Part shown: one piece after another, positions 18,442-27,318 of the stretch
Layout: each line of letters starts with the position of its first letter
How positions within the stretch are numbered: the first letter of the stretch is position 1
From: Chlamydiia bacterium
GTDB taxonomy: Bacteria; Chlamydiota; Chlamydiia; Chlamydiales; Parachlamydiaceae
NCBI GenBank assembly: GCA_038257035.1
Contig: JBBSJT010000005.1
Location: forward strand, 1-42,064
Direction: 5' to 3'
DNA length: 42,064 nucleotides
Notes under the pieces: generated by a model
What the model was told of the DNA's origin: nothing
The model's database searches: none
The model's input: the letters and a program-made list of their open reading frames with translations, nothing else
Made by a program: the position numbers and the translations under genes

Positions 18442-19305
18442 TTATTCGAGGGAGAGGATTTGGAGGGCGGTCCAGTCTTGAAACCATTTTTGCATATTGA
18501 GGGAAGCGGTCTCGCAACTTTTTTCGTCTTGAATCTCAAGCCATTCACAAATGCCATCAATCGATGAGCCTTCTTTGAAACGCTCGAGAATTTGATACGC
18601 TACCGGATCCAAGGTATCGGATAAAATATACTCTTGTCTATTACGATAAAGGATAAAGTAAAATTTGCCCTTAGTTAAAGGAGGGAAATCATTTTCAATC
18701 CAATATTCAACCGGTTGTTCAAGCATCTTAGATCTAAATTCAAACAGATTATAGTTCAATTTAAAAAGATGAACATGGGGCTGCAAAGTGATGTTTTTGA
18801 CTGAAAGTTCTTCTATGTTTTCGATAGAAAAATTAAGAGCTTCTTTTTTTTCGGCAAAAAAACAATCATTATAAGCATAGTCAATTGCAACTGCATCATA
18901 AATGAGTGGCTTGTCATTACCTTCATAATCTTCTTCAACCCATTTTAAAAGTGAGGAGCCTAGTAAATTTAATGACCAGTGAGAAGGCGGGTATTTTAAA
19001 AGATACGGAACAGCAATGGTTTGATTGAAGCTGTCATAGCCAAAAAGGCAGGTAACAAGAGGAAAATTCTCTTGTAAGATTGTAATCAGGCGCCACCAAT
19101 ATTGTTGATTATAAATTTGAATACGCTTATCAGCCTCCATTGTGGGGCTTGGCAAAATGTATTTTCTTGCCTCATCAATCATTTTTAAGCCTGACGGGGA
19201 AATTGACATCATTTTACTATTGGAATCGATTGGCCTTGTGATGATGCTTGCAAACCATTTTTGAATTTCTTTTAATTCGGTTGGCACTTTTGCATCAAAA
19301 GTCAT
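18442..19305 (-). CDS. DUF2063 family MNIO partner protein (BufC/HvfC-like)
   Basis: RIQIYNQQYWWRL...ENFP...LFG.DSF...Y...YPP.HWSLN.LG pattern; overlaps the DUF692 stop (ATGA). Confidence 0.85.
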   Translation of the reverse strand: MTFDAKVPTELKEIQKWFASIITRPIDSNSKMMSISPSGLKMIDEARKYILPSPTMEADKRIQIYNQQYWWRLITILQENFPLVTCLFGYDSFNQTIAVPYLLKYPPSHWSLNLLGSSLLKWVEEDYEGNDKPLIYDAVAIDYAYNDCFFAEKKEALNFSIENIEELSVKNITLQPHVHLFKLNYNLFEFRSKMLEQPVEYWIENDFPPLTKGKFYFILYRNRQEYILSDTLDPVAYQILERFKEGSSIDGICEWLEIQDEKSCETASLNMQKWFQDWTALQILSLE

Positions 19306-20183
19306 TGATGAACCTCATGAATCATCCCACGCATTAACTTTACATCGGATTTTTTTTTGGTTTCCAATTTTTTTTGAAATGCTTTGGCTTTAAGTGCCTC
19401 GTCCCATGTTTGTTGAAAACTAATGAAATTATCATCCCATTCAAGCAAGGTGGAAACACCTTTTGTTCTTGGGTAAATTTCACCATACAAAGCCCACACT
19501 TCATCCCTTACATAAGCATCATGAGTGTCCAAAACATAAGCGTCATAATCGGTATGCCCTGCCAAATGAATTTGCAGGATTCTATCTATTGGAATGTGAT
19601 CAAGATAAGTTTTAGGATCAAATCCATGATTTCTGCTCGATACATAAATATTGTTCACATCAAGCATCATGTAAACGTCAGCTTTTTCTACAATTGCGCT
19701 ATAAAAATCCCATTCACTCATTTCATCGCTTTTATACCCGACGTATGATGAAAGATTTTCTAAGGCAAAGGGAAGTTCAAGATAATCCTGAACGATTCTT
19801 GCGCGCTCTGCCACATAATTAATAACTTCTTTTGTGTATGGAAGAGGAAGAAGATCATGATAATTTGCACCGGGAAGCCTTCCCCAGCAAAGATGATCTG
19901 ATACCCAGGGTGTTTTTGTAATTTTGGTTAAAGCTTTTAAGCGCTTTAAATAATCAAAATCAAGTGGATCCGGGCTTCCAATGGCAAGAGAGACTCCATG
20001 CTGAACTACAGGATAAGACTCTAAAATTCTTTGCAAATTTTCCAAAGGCTTTCCGCCATCCACCATAAAGTTTTCGCTGATAATCTCAAACCAATCAATG
20101 GCCGGTTTATCGCGAAAAATTTCTTCATAGTGGACAGGTCTAAGTCCTACACCAATACCTAAATTCGGAATCTCTTTTTTCAT
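19302..20183 (-). CDS. DUF692 multinuclear non-heme iron oxidative enzyme (MNIO; BufB/HvfB-like)
   Basis: GIGVGLRPVHY, WFEIISENFM, HGVSL, SDHLCW, DLLPLP, LENLSSY, LDVNNIYVS, IHLAGH, DTH, LLEWD. Confidence 0.95.
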   Translation of the reverse strand: MKKEIPNLGIGVGLRPVHYEEIFRDKPAIDWFEIISENFMVDGGKPLENLQRILESYPVVQHGVSLAIGSPDPLDFDYLKRLKALTKITKTPWVSDHLCWGRLPGANYHDLLPLPYTKEVINYVAERARIVQDYLELPFALENLSSYVGYKSDEMSEWDFYSAIVEKADVYMMLDVNNIYVSSRNHGFDPKTYLDHIPIDRILQIHLAGHTDYDAYVLDTHDAYVRDEVWALYGEIYPRTKGVSTLLEWDDNFISFQQTWDEALKAKAFQKKLETKKKSDVKLMRGMIHEVHQ

Positions 20184-20188
20184 TACTT

Positions 20189-20644
20189 CTACTTATTCAA
20201 TGTATTTGATCTCTTGTCAGCCATTTTTAATTTTTCAGCAGTTACTTTAACAGCTAAGTTTTTATCTGAGAATGCACATTTACCCTTTCCTTTGCAATCG
20301 CCTTTTCCCGCACAATCATTTTTATCTGTTTGGCAAGCATTTAGGCCTTTACATTCATTCGTATTATTGCATCTTTGGCTGGCAACTAATCTTGCAAGTT
20401 CACGCCCTTTTGGGTCTAATGATTTGTAAAGGGCAGCACCTTTATCATTCAATTCCAACAATAGTTCATCCTCTGTCATTAGATGATAGCCTACATTGCC
20501 CTCATTCATATCTAATGATGTGCCGGTTATCCCTTTGGCAGGATGGGCTTTATCTTGAACTGCAGCCCCTTGTAATTGGCTTGAAATTAAAAAACCAGTT
20601 GTTAAGCCTAATAAAGCAACTTTTTTTATTTCGTTCTTTTTCAT
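20189..20644 (-). CDS. Secreted Cys-rich MNIO precursor (BufA2-like)
   Basis: Signal-like leader MKKNEIKKVALLGLTTGFLIS; six Cys spaced C-x5-C-x5-C-x6-C-x5-C-x5-C (CNNTNECKGLNACQTDKNDCAGKGDCKGKGKC); GAAGGAG RBS. Confidence 0.8.
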   Translation of the reverse strand: MKKNEIKKVALLGLTTGFLISSQLQGAAVQDKAHPAKGITGTSLDMNEGNVGYHLMTEDELLLELNDKGAALYKSLDPKGRELARLVASQRCNNTNECKGLNACQTDKNDCAGKGDCKGKGKCAFSDKNLAVKVTAEKLKMADKRSNTLNK

Positions 20645-20670
20645 TTCTAACTCCTTCAAAAAATATACTC

Positions 20671-20714
20671 AAAAAAATAAATCGTTTGCATAAGACACCC
20701 TTATGCAAACGATT
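20671..20714 (-). terminator. Intrinsic terminator between the two precursor genes
   Basis: Perfect 15-bp stem AATCGTTTGCATAAG/CTTATGCAAACGATT (20680-20714), 5-nt loop, followed on the minus strand by TATTTTTTT. Confidence 0.75.
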
Positions 20715-20720
20715 AAAAAA

Positions 20721-21161
20721 TTATCTGTTTGGTTTCATTGAACCGCAGCCACCTTGTCCAGTTGTTGGTCTTTGATATCCTTGTGTACCGTTATTTGTTG
20801 TTGAATATCCCGATGTTGTATTTTCTGGAGTTTGGTAAACTTGGATACCGGCGTTGTTAGTGTCAGCTGTTCCACCATGTGAAATTTCATTTGTATTTGG
20901 ATTTGTAAAATTGCTGTATTGGCTGTATTGATTGTAATAGTTCTCATTTGATTGAGGTGCATTTGGAGTAGTGTATGTATCAGCCGTATCGGTATTTCCC
21001 GGATTTTTTAAGCTATTACAGCCTTTAGCACCGCAACCGCCCGCAAGAAAAGTTTCTTTTGATTCAAATGTAGTGTTAGCACTTAAAGTTACAGTAGAAG
21101 TCACCATAGCACCTGATGCAAGTCCCATTAAAGCTAATTTTGATAATTGTTTCTTATTCAT
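20721..21161 (-). CDS. Second putative MNIO precursor with GGCG motifs
   Basis: Leader MNKKQLSKLALMGLASGAMVTS resembles that of 20189-20644; AGGCGAKGC and C-terminal GQGGCGS are separated by a T/N/Q/Y-rich linker; GAGGAG RBS. Confidence 0.7.
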   Translation of the reverse strand: MNKKQLSKLALMGLASGAMVTSTVTLSANTTFESKETFLAGGCGAKGCNSLKNPGNTDTADTYTTPNAPQSNENYYNQYSQYSNFTNPNTNEISHGGTADTNNAGIQVYQTPENTTSGYSTTNNGTQGYQRPTTGQGGCGSMKPNR

Positions 21162-21539
21162 AATATTCTCCTCGATTTTTTTAAATTTTAAAGACAAAAT
21201 TATAATTGTTAAGATTAGTTTACACTTATCATATGTCGGTAGTTAAAGCAAGCATTTACAATAAGTTGCCATCAAACTTGTTAAATTAATCACCTATTCC
21301 ATCTACAAAATTTCTATTTCTAATCTATTTGAATGGTGTCTAATATTATCGCTATTGTCGTAACGTGTAAGTATTGTAAAACTCGTTCTAAAGTTACCTT
21401 TATCAGATAGAAATAGTCATTGCAATACTTTTTTAATACTATTATTTTGCATCCACTGATGGTTAAAAGTCAGTATTTATGGATATTAATGGCAAAAACA
21501 TGTTAGGATAAGTCTTTTAAACTTAAATTGTTGACGCTA

Positions 21540-22724
21540 ATGAGCCATATGAAACGCTATATAGTACTTGGATTCTTATGGGTCAGCCATTTTTTGATCG
21601 ATTTCAGCCTAGGCATTTTTCCTATTTATAAAACAATTGCAGGACTTGATATTGCCACCATGGGGATTATTACCGGCATTGCTTTTTTTATAGGCGAAGC
21701 ACTTCAGCTTTATTTTGGTCTTTTAAGCGATAAGGGTTATCGACAACTCCTGATCATTATAGGGATTGCAGTTACAAGCTGTGCAGTCTTTGCATCTTGC
21801 ACAAAAGATTATTTTGTACTTTACCTACTCTTCCAGGCGGCAGCATTAGGATCTGCATGCTTTCATCCTTCAGCTGTTGCACTTGCCGGTAGTTTATCAA
21901 AAAGCAGTAAGGGATTATTTATTACAGTATTTGCGACAGGTGGGGCTATTGGTTTTGGAGTAAGTCAGCTTATTTTTTCAACTATTTATTTAAAAATTGG
22001 ATCGTATTGTTCATTTTTAATTATCCCACCCTTATTAATTGTAATAATTCTTATGTTTTACAAACTGGAGCAAAATTTTACAAAAAAAAGTTCTCTTCAA
22101 ACTAAAATAACTTTCAAATCGATTTGCGATCTTTTTGGAAAAAAGCATTTAAAGTGCCTTTATTTCACTCAAATTTGCAATCAAATTGTTTTTTGGGGAA
22201 CAATCTTCTTACTACCCGATCTATTATGTGCAAGGGGTTATGATAAATGGATCTGCTTTGGCGGAGGTCATCTCTTTTTTGTTTTGGGTGGAGCTTTAAT
22301 GATGATTCCAAGCGGCATATTAGCAGATAAATATTCTTATCGAACAGTGATTCTTACTGCATCTTGCCTTTCAGCAATTTTCTTTTTTGCTTTTTTAAAT
22401 TTTCCTTTAATTTCAAACAGTTCTTTACTTATGCTTTTTTTCTTGATGGGAGCAAGTATAATGACGGTAGGGCCCTTGGTAATTGCTTTTGGAAATAAAC
22501 TCTACCCTGAAGAATCAGGGATCGTTAGTGCATTTCTCATGGGATTTGCATTATGTCTTGCAAATCCGATCGGGCAAACAGGCGCTGGTTTACTTACAAA
22601 ATTATTTGACGAAAATGCAGAAACTAAAAGCTTGACCATACTTGGACTCTTTTTCTTCTTGGGTCTTGCCATATCAAGCTTTTTACCGAAAAAAGTTGAA
22701 AATTATAAAAACATACAAGTTTAA
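21540..22724 (+). CDS. MFS transporter (Fsr-like)
   Basis: About 12 hydrophobic segments; FGLLSDKGYR, LGSACFHP, GILADKYSYR. Confidence 0.88.
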   Translation: MSHMKRYIVLGFLWVSHFLIDFSLGIFPIYKTIAGLDIATMGIITGIAFFIGEALQLYFGLLSDKGYRQLLIIIGIAVTSCAVFASCTKDYFVLYLLFQAAALGSACFHPSAVALAGSLSKSSKGLFITVFATGGAIGFGVSQLIFSTIYLKIGSYCSFLIIPPLLIVIILMFYKLEQNFTKKSSLQTKITFKSICDLFGKKHLKCLYFTQICNQIVFWGTIFLLPDLLCARGYDKWICFGGGHLFFVLGGALMMIPSGILADKYSYRTVILTASCLSAIFFFAFLNFPLISNSSLLMLFFLMGASIMTVGPLVIAFGNKLYPEESGIVSAFLMGFALCLANPIGQTGAGLLTKLFDENAETKSLTILGLFFFLGLAISSFLPKKVENYKNIQV

Positions 22725-22726
22725 CT

Positions 22727-25171
22727 ATGAAAAACAAAATTTTGACCCTATTATTATTTCTTTGCCTTACCCGCCCCGCTATAAGTTTAGAATCCCCCAC
22801 AAAGCTTAAAACAAAAAAAGCCAATTGGCGCATTGAAAAAGTATCAGTTTTTGAATGTGGAAGTCCTGAAAAAATTATTTTTTACGCTCCTTCATTGAAT
22901 GATAAAAAAGAACTTCCTGTAAAAGAAATGTTATACAGTAGATCAGGACACTTAATTCAAGAGACTGATTTATTATGCAAGGATTCGCAATCAAACATTC
23001 TCTATCATGGCCCAAGCGTTCAATACGATGAAAAGGGACGTATTGCAAAAGTTTCTTTTTACCATGAGGGAATTCTAAATGGGACGATGAAAGATATTTA
23101 TCCCAATGGAATCGTTAAAAAAACAACTGCTTATAAGAATGGGGTAATGGATGGGCCTACAGTTGTTTATTTTGATAATGGCCAAATTGCAAAAACTTCT
23201 CATTATGTAAATGGCAAACTTGAAGGCGATCTGATCACCTACTACCCAAATGGCCTTAAAGAAAGTCATCTTTTCTATGAAAAGGGTGTTTTACAAAATG
23301 AAGCTATTTGCTGGTTTGATGATGGAGCGGTAAAATCCAAAAAATATTATCTTTATGGGCTTCTCAACGACACGTTTTCTAATAGGGCTTTAACAGAGTA
23401 TTATCAGGCAGGCATTGTAAGCGAAGTGCAAAGCTTTACTTATGGAATCCCTTCTGGTCCGCATATTAGATACCATCCGAATGGCCGTGAAAGTTACAAG
23501 GTTAATTATAAAAATGGGGTAAAAGTAGGTCTTGAAACGACCTACTCAGATCAGGGTGACTTAATTGGTGAAGGTGAATACTCTAAAGGAAAACCGATTG
23601 GTAGACATTATCTAAAAAATCAAAAGGGAATCCTCATCTCTCAGGCCCATTATGATGGAATAGGATTGTTAAAAGAGCCTATTTTGACATTTTATGAAAC
23701 CGGTGAAAAAAAAGAACAATATACAAAGACGGAAGAAGGTTACGCCCTAGAATTTTTGGAATGGTATACAAATGGGACTCTAAAAAAAAGATACCATTAT
23801 TTAAACGATTACTTTGATGGTTTACAAGAAGAGTTTCATGAAAATGGTAAACTCAAACTTGAGTGTCTTTATGCTGATGGAAAAAAAATTGGGACTTTCA
23901 AAGAGTGGTTTGCAAATGGACAAATTGCAAGTGAAATTCCTTTAATTAAGGGAAGAAGAAACGGTCTTGCAAAAACATTTTATGAAAATGGACAATTAAA
24001 AAGTGAATCTTTCTTCAATAATGCAGGAAACATTGAAGGATCAGAAAAATTTTATGAAGAAAATGGGCAATTAGTTTTTGAGGGCTCCTTTGAAAATGGT
24101 TTAAAATCAGGCATCCATCAAGAATGGTATGGAAATGGTGCCTTGAAAAGGAAAACAAATTTTATTAATGGGAAAATTCATGGCGCAGATGTTGAGTACT
24201 ATGAAAATGGCACACTAGCTTATAAAGCAAATTATGTGGATAATATCATCGATGGAGCTTACTTAAGTTACTTTGAAGATTCAACCATCCATGAGAAAAA
24301 GCAATTTGAAATGGGGAAACCTGTTGGCACTCATCTTGAGTATTACAAAAAAGAAACACCCGATTCCACCAATATCCTTGCTTGCACGCTTTGTTACGCA
24401 AATGGGAAATTAGATGGCGCACAAAAAAGATTTTATAAAAATGGTAAACCGGAAGTTGTTTTAAATTATAAAAACAATATCTTACACGGTCTTAAATCTT
24501 TGTGGAGCACGGAAGGAGATTTACTCGAGGAAGCCACATACTTGAATGGGGATTTAGACGGGCGTTATTTTCTTGTTAAAGAGGATGGGACAAAAATAAT
24601 TACCCACTATAAAAATAACTTAAAACATGGAACCGAAGAAATTTATTACCCTTTGCACCCTTTATTTGGTGAAGTTAAAGCCTTCGAAGCTACCTATGAA
24701 AAGGGGTTGATTCAGGGTGAGGCAGTAGAATTTAACGAAGCCGGAACAAAAGTTGCCTCAACTACCTATGAAAATGGTCTTAAGAATGGTCCTGCACTTT
24801 TTTATCACCCGAATGAAACTTTAATGATTGCAACCGAATTTAAAAACGATGAACAACATGGTCTAACATCTGAATACTATAAAAGCGGAAACCTGAAAGT
24901 CCAGGTGTTGTTTATAGATGATTTAAAAGAAGGCGAAGAAAAAAGCTACTTTGATACTTCTGCCCAACAAATAGCCACTTCAAAATTCTACAAAAAAGGG
25001 ATTTTAAATGGTTTATGGCAAGAGTGGAACAAACAAGGGGCTTTAGTTTTTCAGGCAGAGTACTATCAGGGTAAGCGAAATGGATTGCTCTCTAAATATA
25101 CGGAAGATGGGGTGCCTTATGTCAATCATCGCTATGAGAACGATGTCCTCATCGAAAAATTCGACCTCTAA
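22727..25171 (+). CDS. Secreted MORN-variant (YwqK-like) repeat protein
   Basis: Signal peptide, then many ~24-aa repeats G.....Y/F.ENGQ......Y.NG.. Confidence 0.85.
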   Translation: MKNKILTLLLFLCLTRPAISLESPTKLKTKKANWRIEKVSVFECGSPEKIIFYAPSLNDKKELPVKEMLYSRSGHLIQETDLLCKDSQSNILYHGPSVQYDEKGRIAKVSFYHEGILNGTMKDIYPNGIVKKTTAYKNGVMDGPTVVYFDNGQIAKTSHYVNGKLEGDLITYYPNGLKESHLFYEKGVLQNEAICWFDDGAVKSKKYYLYGLLNDTFSNRALTEYYQAGIVSEVQSFTYGIPSGPHIRYHPNGRESYKVNYKNGVKVGLETTYSDQGDLIGEGEYSKGKPIGRHYLKNQKGILISQAHYDGIGLLKEPILTFYETGEKKEQYTKTEEGYALEFLEWYTNGTLKKRYHYLNDYFDGLQEEFHENGKLKLECLYADGKKIGTFKEWFANGQIASEIPLIKGRRNGLAKTFYENGQLKSESFFNNAGNIEGSEKFYEENGQLVFEGSFENGLKSGIHQEWYGNGALKRKTNFINGKIHGADVEYYENGTLAYKANYVDNIIDGAYLSYFEDSTIHEKKQFEMGKPVGTHLEYYKKETPDSTNILACTLCYANGKLDGAQKRFYKNGKPEVVLNYKNNILHGLKSLWSTEGDLLEEATYLNGDLDGRYFLVKEDGTKIITHYKNNLKHGTEEIYYPLHPLFGEVKAFEATYEKGLIQGEAVEFNEAGTKVASTTYENGLKNGPALFYHPNETLMIATEFKNDEQHGLTSEYYKSGNLKVQVLFIDDLKEGEEKSYFDTSAQQIATSKFYKKGILNGLWQEWNKQGALVFQAEYYQGKRNGLLSKYTEDGVPYVNHRYENDVLIEKFDL

Positions 25172-25192
25172 CCAACCCCTGGAAAGCTAACG

Positions 25193-25241
25193 TTTTTTTA
25201 ACCACAGAGGTCACAGAGATCACAGAGAGAGAGCGAGAGAG
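25193..25241 (+). repeat. Orphan arm (CACAGAG-type) of the palindromic element family
   Basis: TTTTTTTAACCACAGAGGTCACAGAGATCACAGAGAGAGAG (9-nt period); no inverted partner nearby. Confidence 0.7.
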
Positions 25242-25277
25242 CAAATTACACATGACAAGAGCATATACAATCATTAT

Positions 25278-25432
25278 TATAACCTTTTAGATTTTTTCAA
25301 CGCAAAGAAGCTACAAAAGACGCAAAGACGCAAAGAATTAAACTAAGGTTTATGCAATCCAAAAGTATTACTTTCTCTTTGCGCCTTTGCGTCTTTTGCA
25401 GCTTCTTTGCGTTGAAAAAATCGGGAACTACA
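25278..25432. repeat. Long palindromic element (CGCAAAGA-type arms)
   Basis: GATTTTTTCAACGCAAAGAAGCTACAAAAGACGCAAAGACGCAAAGA inverted with TCTTTGCGCCTTTGCGTCTTTTGCAGCTTCTTTGCGTTGAAAAAATC. Confidence 0.92.
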
Positions 25433-25460
25433 GAATAATTATGGGTATGATTCAACTGGA

Positions 25461-26864
25461 ATGGGTATTTACATGAAGAAAATGCTTTGTGGTGTGGTGA
25501 CGGGACCGTCTTTGAAAGAGGTGCAGCAGCAGATTGAAGAGGCTGTTCAATATGCCGATAGTGTAGAGCTACGCTGGGATTGTTTTGATTCTTTAGATTT
25601 TAAAATCAGTTGCCCCATTCCCATGATCTTCACGTTAAGACCTCTATCTCAAGGAGGGTTTTACAAGGGAAGCGAAACTTCAAGGTTGCAGCATTTAGAA
25701 AAATTATTAGAACAAAAACCTGATTACGTCGATTTGGAATTTACCGTTTTAGATGAGGATTTAAAAAGGTTTGAAAAGTATCCTGTTAAAATCATTCTTT
25801 CTTACCATGACTTCGAATGTACTCCTGATGATCTTGAAGGCCTACTTGCAAATTTGAAAAAAAAACCTGCTGATTTTTATAAAATTGCAACCCATGCAAA
25901 TACGACTCTTGATAGTTTAAGGATGTTAAATTTTAGTAAAAATGCGGGAAAACAGGTCATTGGCATATGCATGGGAGATTACGGGACGATTACGCGCATA
26001 CTCAACCATTGGAGCTATGCCTCAATTGGGCAGCCAATAGCAAGAGGACAACTTTCTTTAAAAGAATTGATGGAATGTTATCGCTTTAAATCTATAAATG
26101 ATGAGACGGCCATTTTTGGGCTAATCGGTGATCCTGTAGATAAAAGCCCTTCAAACTTCACCCACAACAACGTCTTTTCCTTTTACAATCAAAATGCTGT
26201 CTACGTCAAAATGAGAATTACAGCTGATGAACTAGATGCATTTTTTAAAGAAATTAAATCGCTTAATTTTAAAGGCTTAAGCGTGACCATGCCATTAAAA
26301 GAAGCAGTAATGCCTTTTTTAGATACGATCGATACAAAAGCTTCATCAATAGGCGCCGTCAATACAATTATCTTCCAAGATGATAAAAAAATTGGCTTTA
26401 ACACAGATTGTACAGGAGCTTTAGCTGCCATCGAAGAAAAAATGTGCGTCAAAGGAAAAAAAATCTTTATCATTGGCGCAGGCGGTTCTGCAAAAGCGAT
26501 AGCATCTGAAGCTTTGTTAAAGGGTGCTGATGTCACGATATTTAATCGCACCCTAAAACCCAATACAAAACATCTCAATGAAATAACTAACGATTACGAT
26601 CTTCTAATCAATTGCACACCCGATGAAATGCCTATTTCACCTGAAATAATTAAAGAGCAAAGCGTCATCATGGACATCAAAAGTGTCCCTAAATGGACTA
26701 CACTACTTGTTGAAGCCAAACTCAAAAACTGCACCCTCATTTTTGGCTACGAGATGTTCATCCATCAAGCCATCGGCCAATTTGAGCTTTGGTCAAATTC
26801 CCTAACATTTTCATGCAAAAAAGAAGATTCAAATCTGATCGAAATTTTTAAGCATGTGCAGTGA
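25461..26864 (+). CDS. aroDE: Bifunctional type I 3-dehydroquinate dehydratase / shikimate dehydrogenase
   Basis: VELRWD, IFTLR...GG, SYHDF, KIA, MGDYG..TR; then GDPVDKSPS, SVTMPLKE, GAVNT, NTD, GAGGSA. The start may be 25473. Confidence 0.95.
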   Translation: MGIYMKKMLCGVVTGPSLKEVQQQIEEAVQYADSVELRWDCFDSLDFKISCPIPMIFTLRPLSQGGFYKGSETSRLQHLEKLLEQKPDYVDLEFTVLDEDLKRFEKYPVKIILSYHDFECTPDDLEGLLANLKKKPADFYKIATHANTTLDSLRMLNFSKNAGKQVIGICMGDYGTITRILNHWSYASIGQPIARGQLSLKELMECYRFKSINDETAIFGLIGDPVDKSPSNFTHNNVFSFYNQNAVYVKMRITADELDAFFKEIKSLNFKGLSVTMPLKEAVMPFLDTIDTKASSIGAVNTIIFQDDKKIGFNTDCTGALAAIEEKMCVKGKKIFIIGAGGSAKAIASEALLKGADVTIFNRTLKPNTKHLNEITNDYDLLINCTPDEMPISPEIIKEQSVIMDIKSVPKWTTLLVEAKLKNCTLIFGYEMFIHQAIGQFELWSNSLTFSCKKEDSNLIEIFKHVQ

Positions 26865-26888
26865 AAAAATCAGTTAAAACTTGAGAAT

Positions 26889-27082
26889 TAATTATAAAGC
26901 AGGCCTACAGCCTGCAACCTAAAATACTAATACCTAGGGCGTTGCCCTAGGCTTTTACAAATCAGGCCTTCAGCCTGGAAAATAGCTCTTTTCAGGGCAA
27001 CGCCCTGGTTTATGAAAGCCTAGGGCAACGCCCTAGGTATGAGTACGTTATGATCGCAGGCTGAAGGCCTGCTTTATAGTTA
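26889..27082. repeat. Composite REP-like palindromic cluster
   Basis: Alternating hairpins GCAGGCCT(A/T)CAGCCTG and CCTAGGGCGTTGCCCTAGG, arranged as an overall inverted repeat between convergent genes. Confidence 0.85.
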
Positions 27083-27207
27083 CTTTTCTTAGCTTAAAGC
27101 ATATAGGTTTTAACCCGTTGCCTTGTAATGATTTAAGCAACAGGCTAAAGTCTACGGTACAATATTCAATGTCGCTACTTATGCAATTGTCTCGGTAGGG
27201 GTAAAAA

Positions 27208-27318
27208 CAAGATGCCAAGGACCAATGGCTAAAGATCCCGGAGGCCAGCAACACCAATGTTATCGTAGTCATAGTTGTTGCCGTCGACGCGGAGGCCAGA
27301 CAGGGCGAAGCCCCCCAC
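27208..27318 (-). other. Putative DGR variable repeat plus downstream IMH-like sequence
   Basis: The last 90 nt of the CDS are 53/90 G+C, and 14 of 18 consecutive codons end in C. The GC-rich CCATTGGTCCTTGGCATCTTG follows the stop. Confidence 0.55.

Noticed and set aside
21540..22724. MFS transporter as exporter of the MNIO products
   Set aside because: It is divergently transcribed and the precursors carry Sec-like leaders, so nothing supports the link.
25461..26864. AroD-AroE fusion
   Set aside because: A known fusion in Chlamydiae, Planctomycetes and plants.
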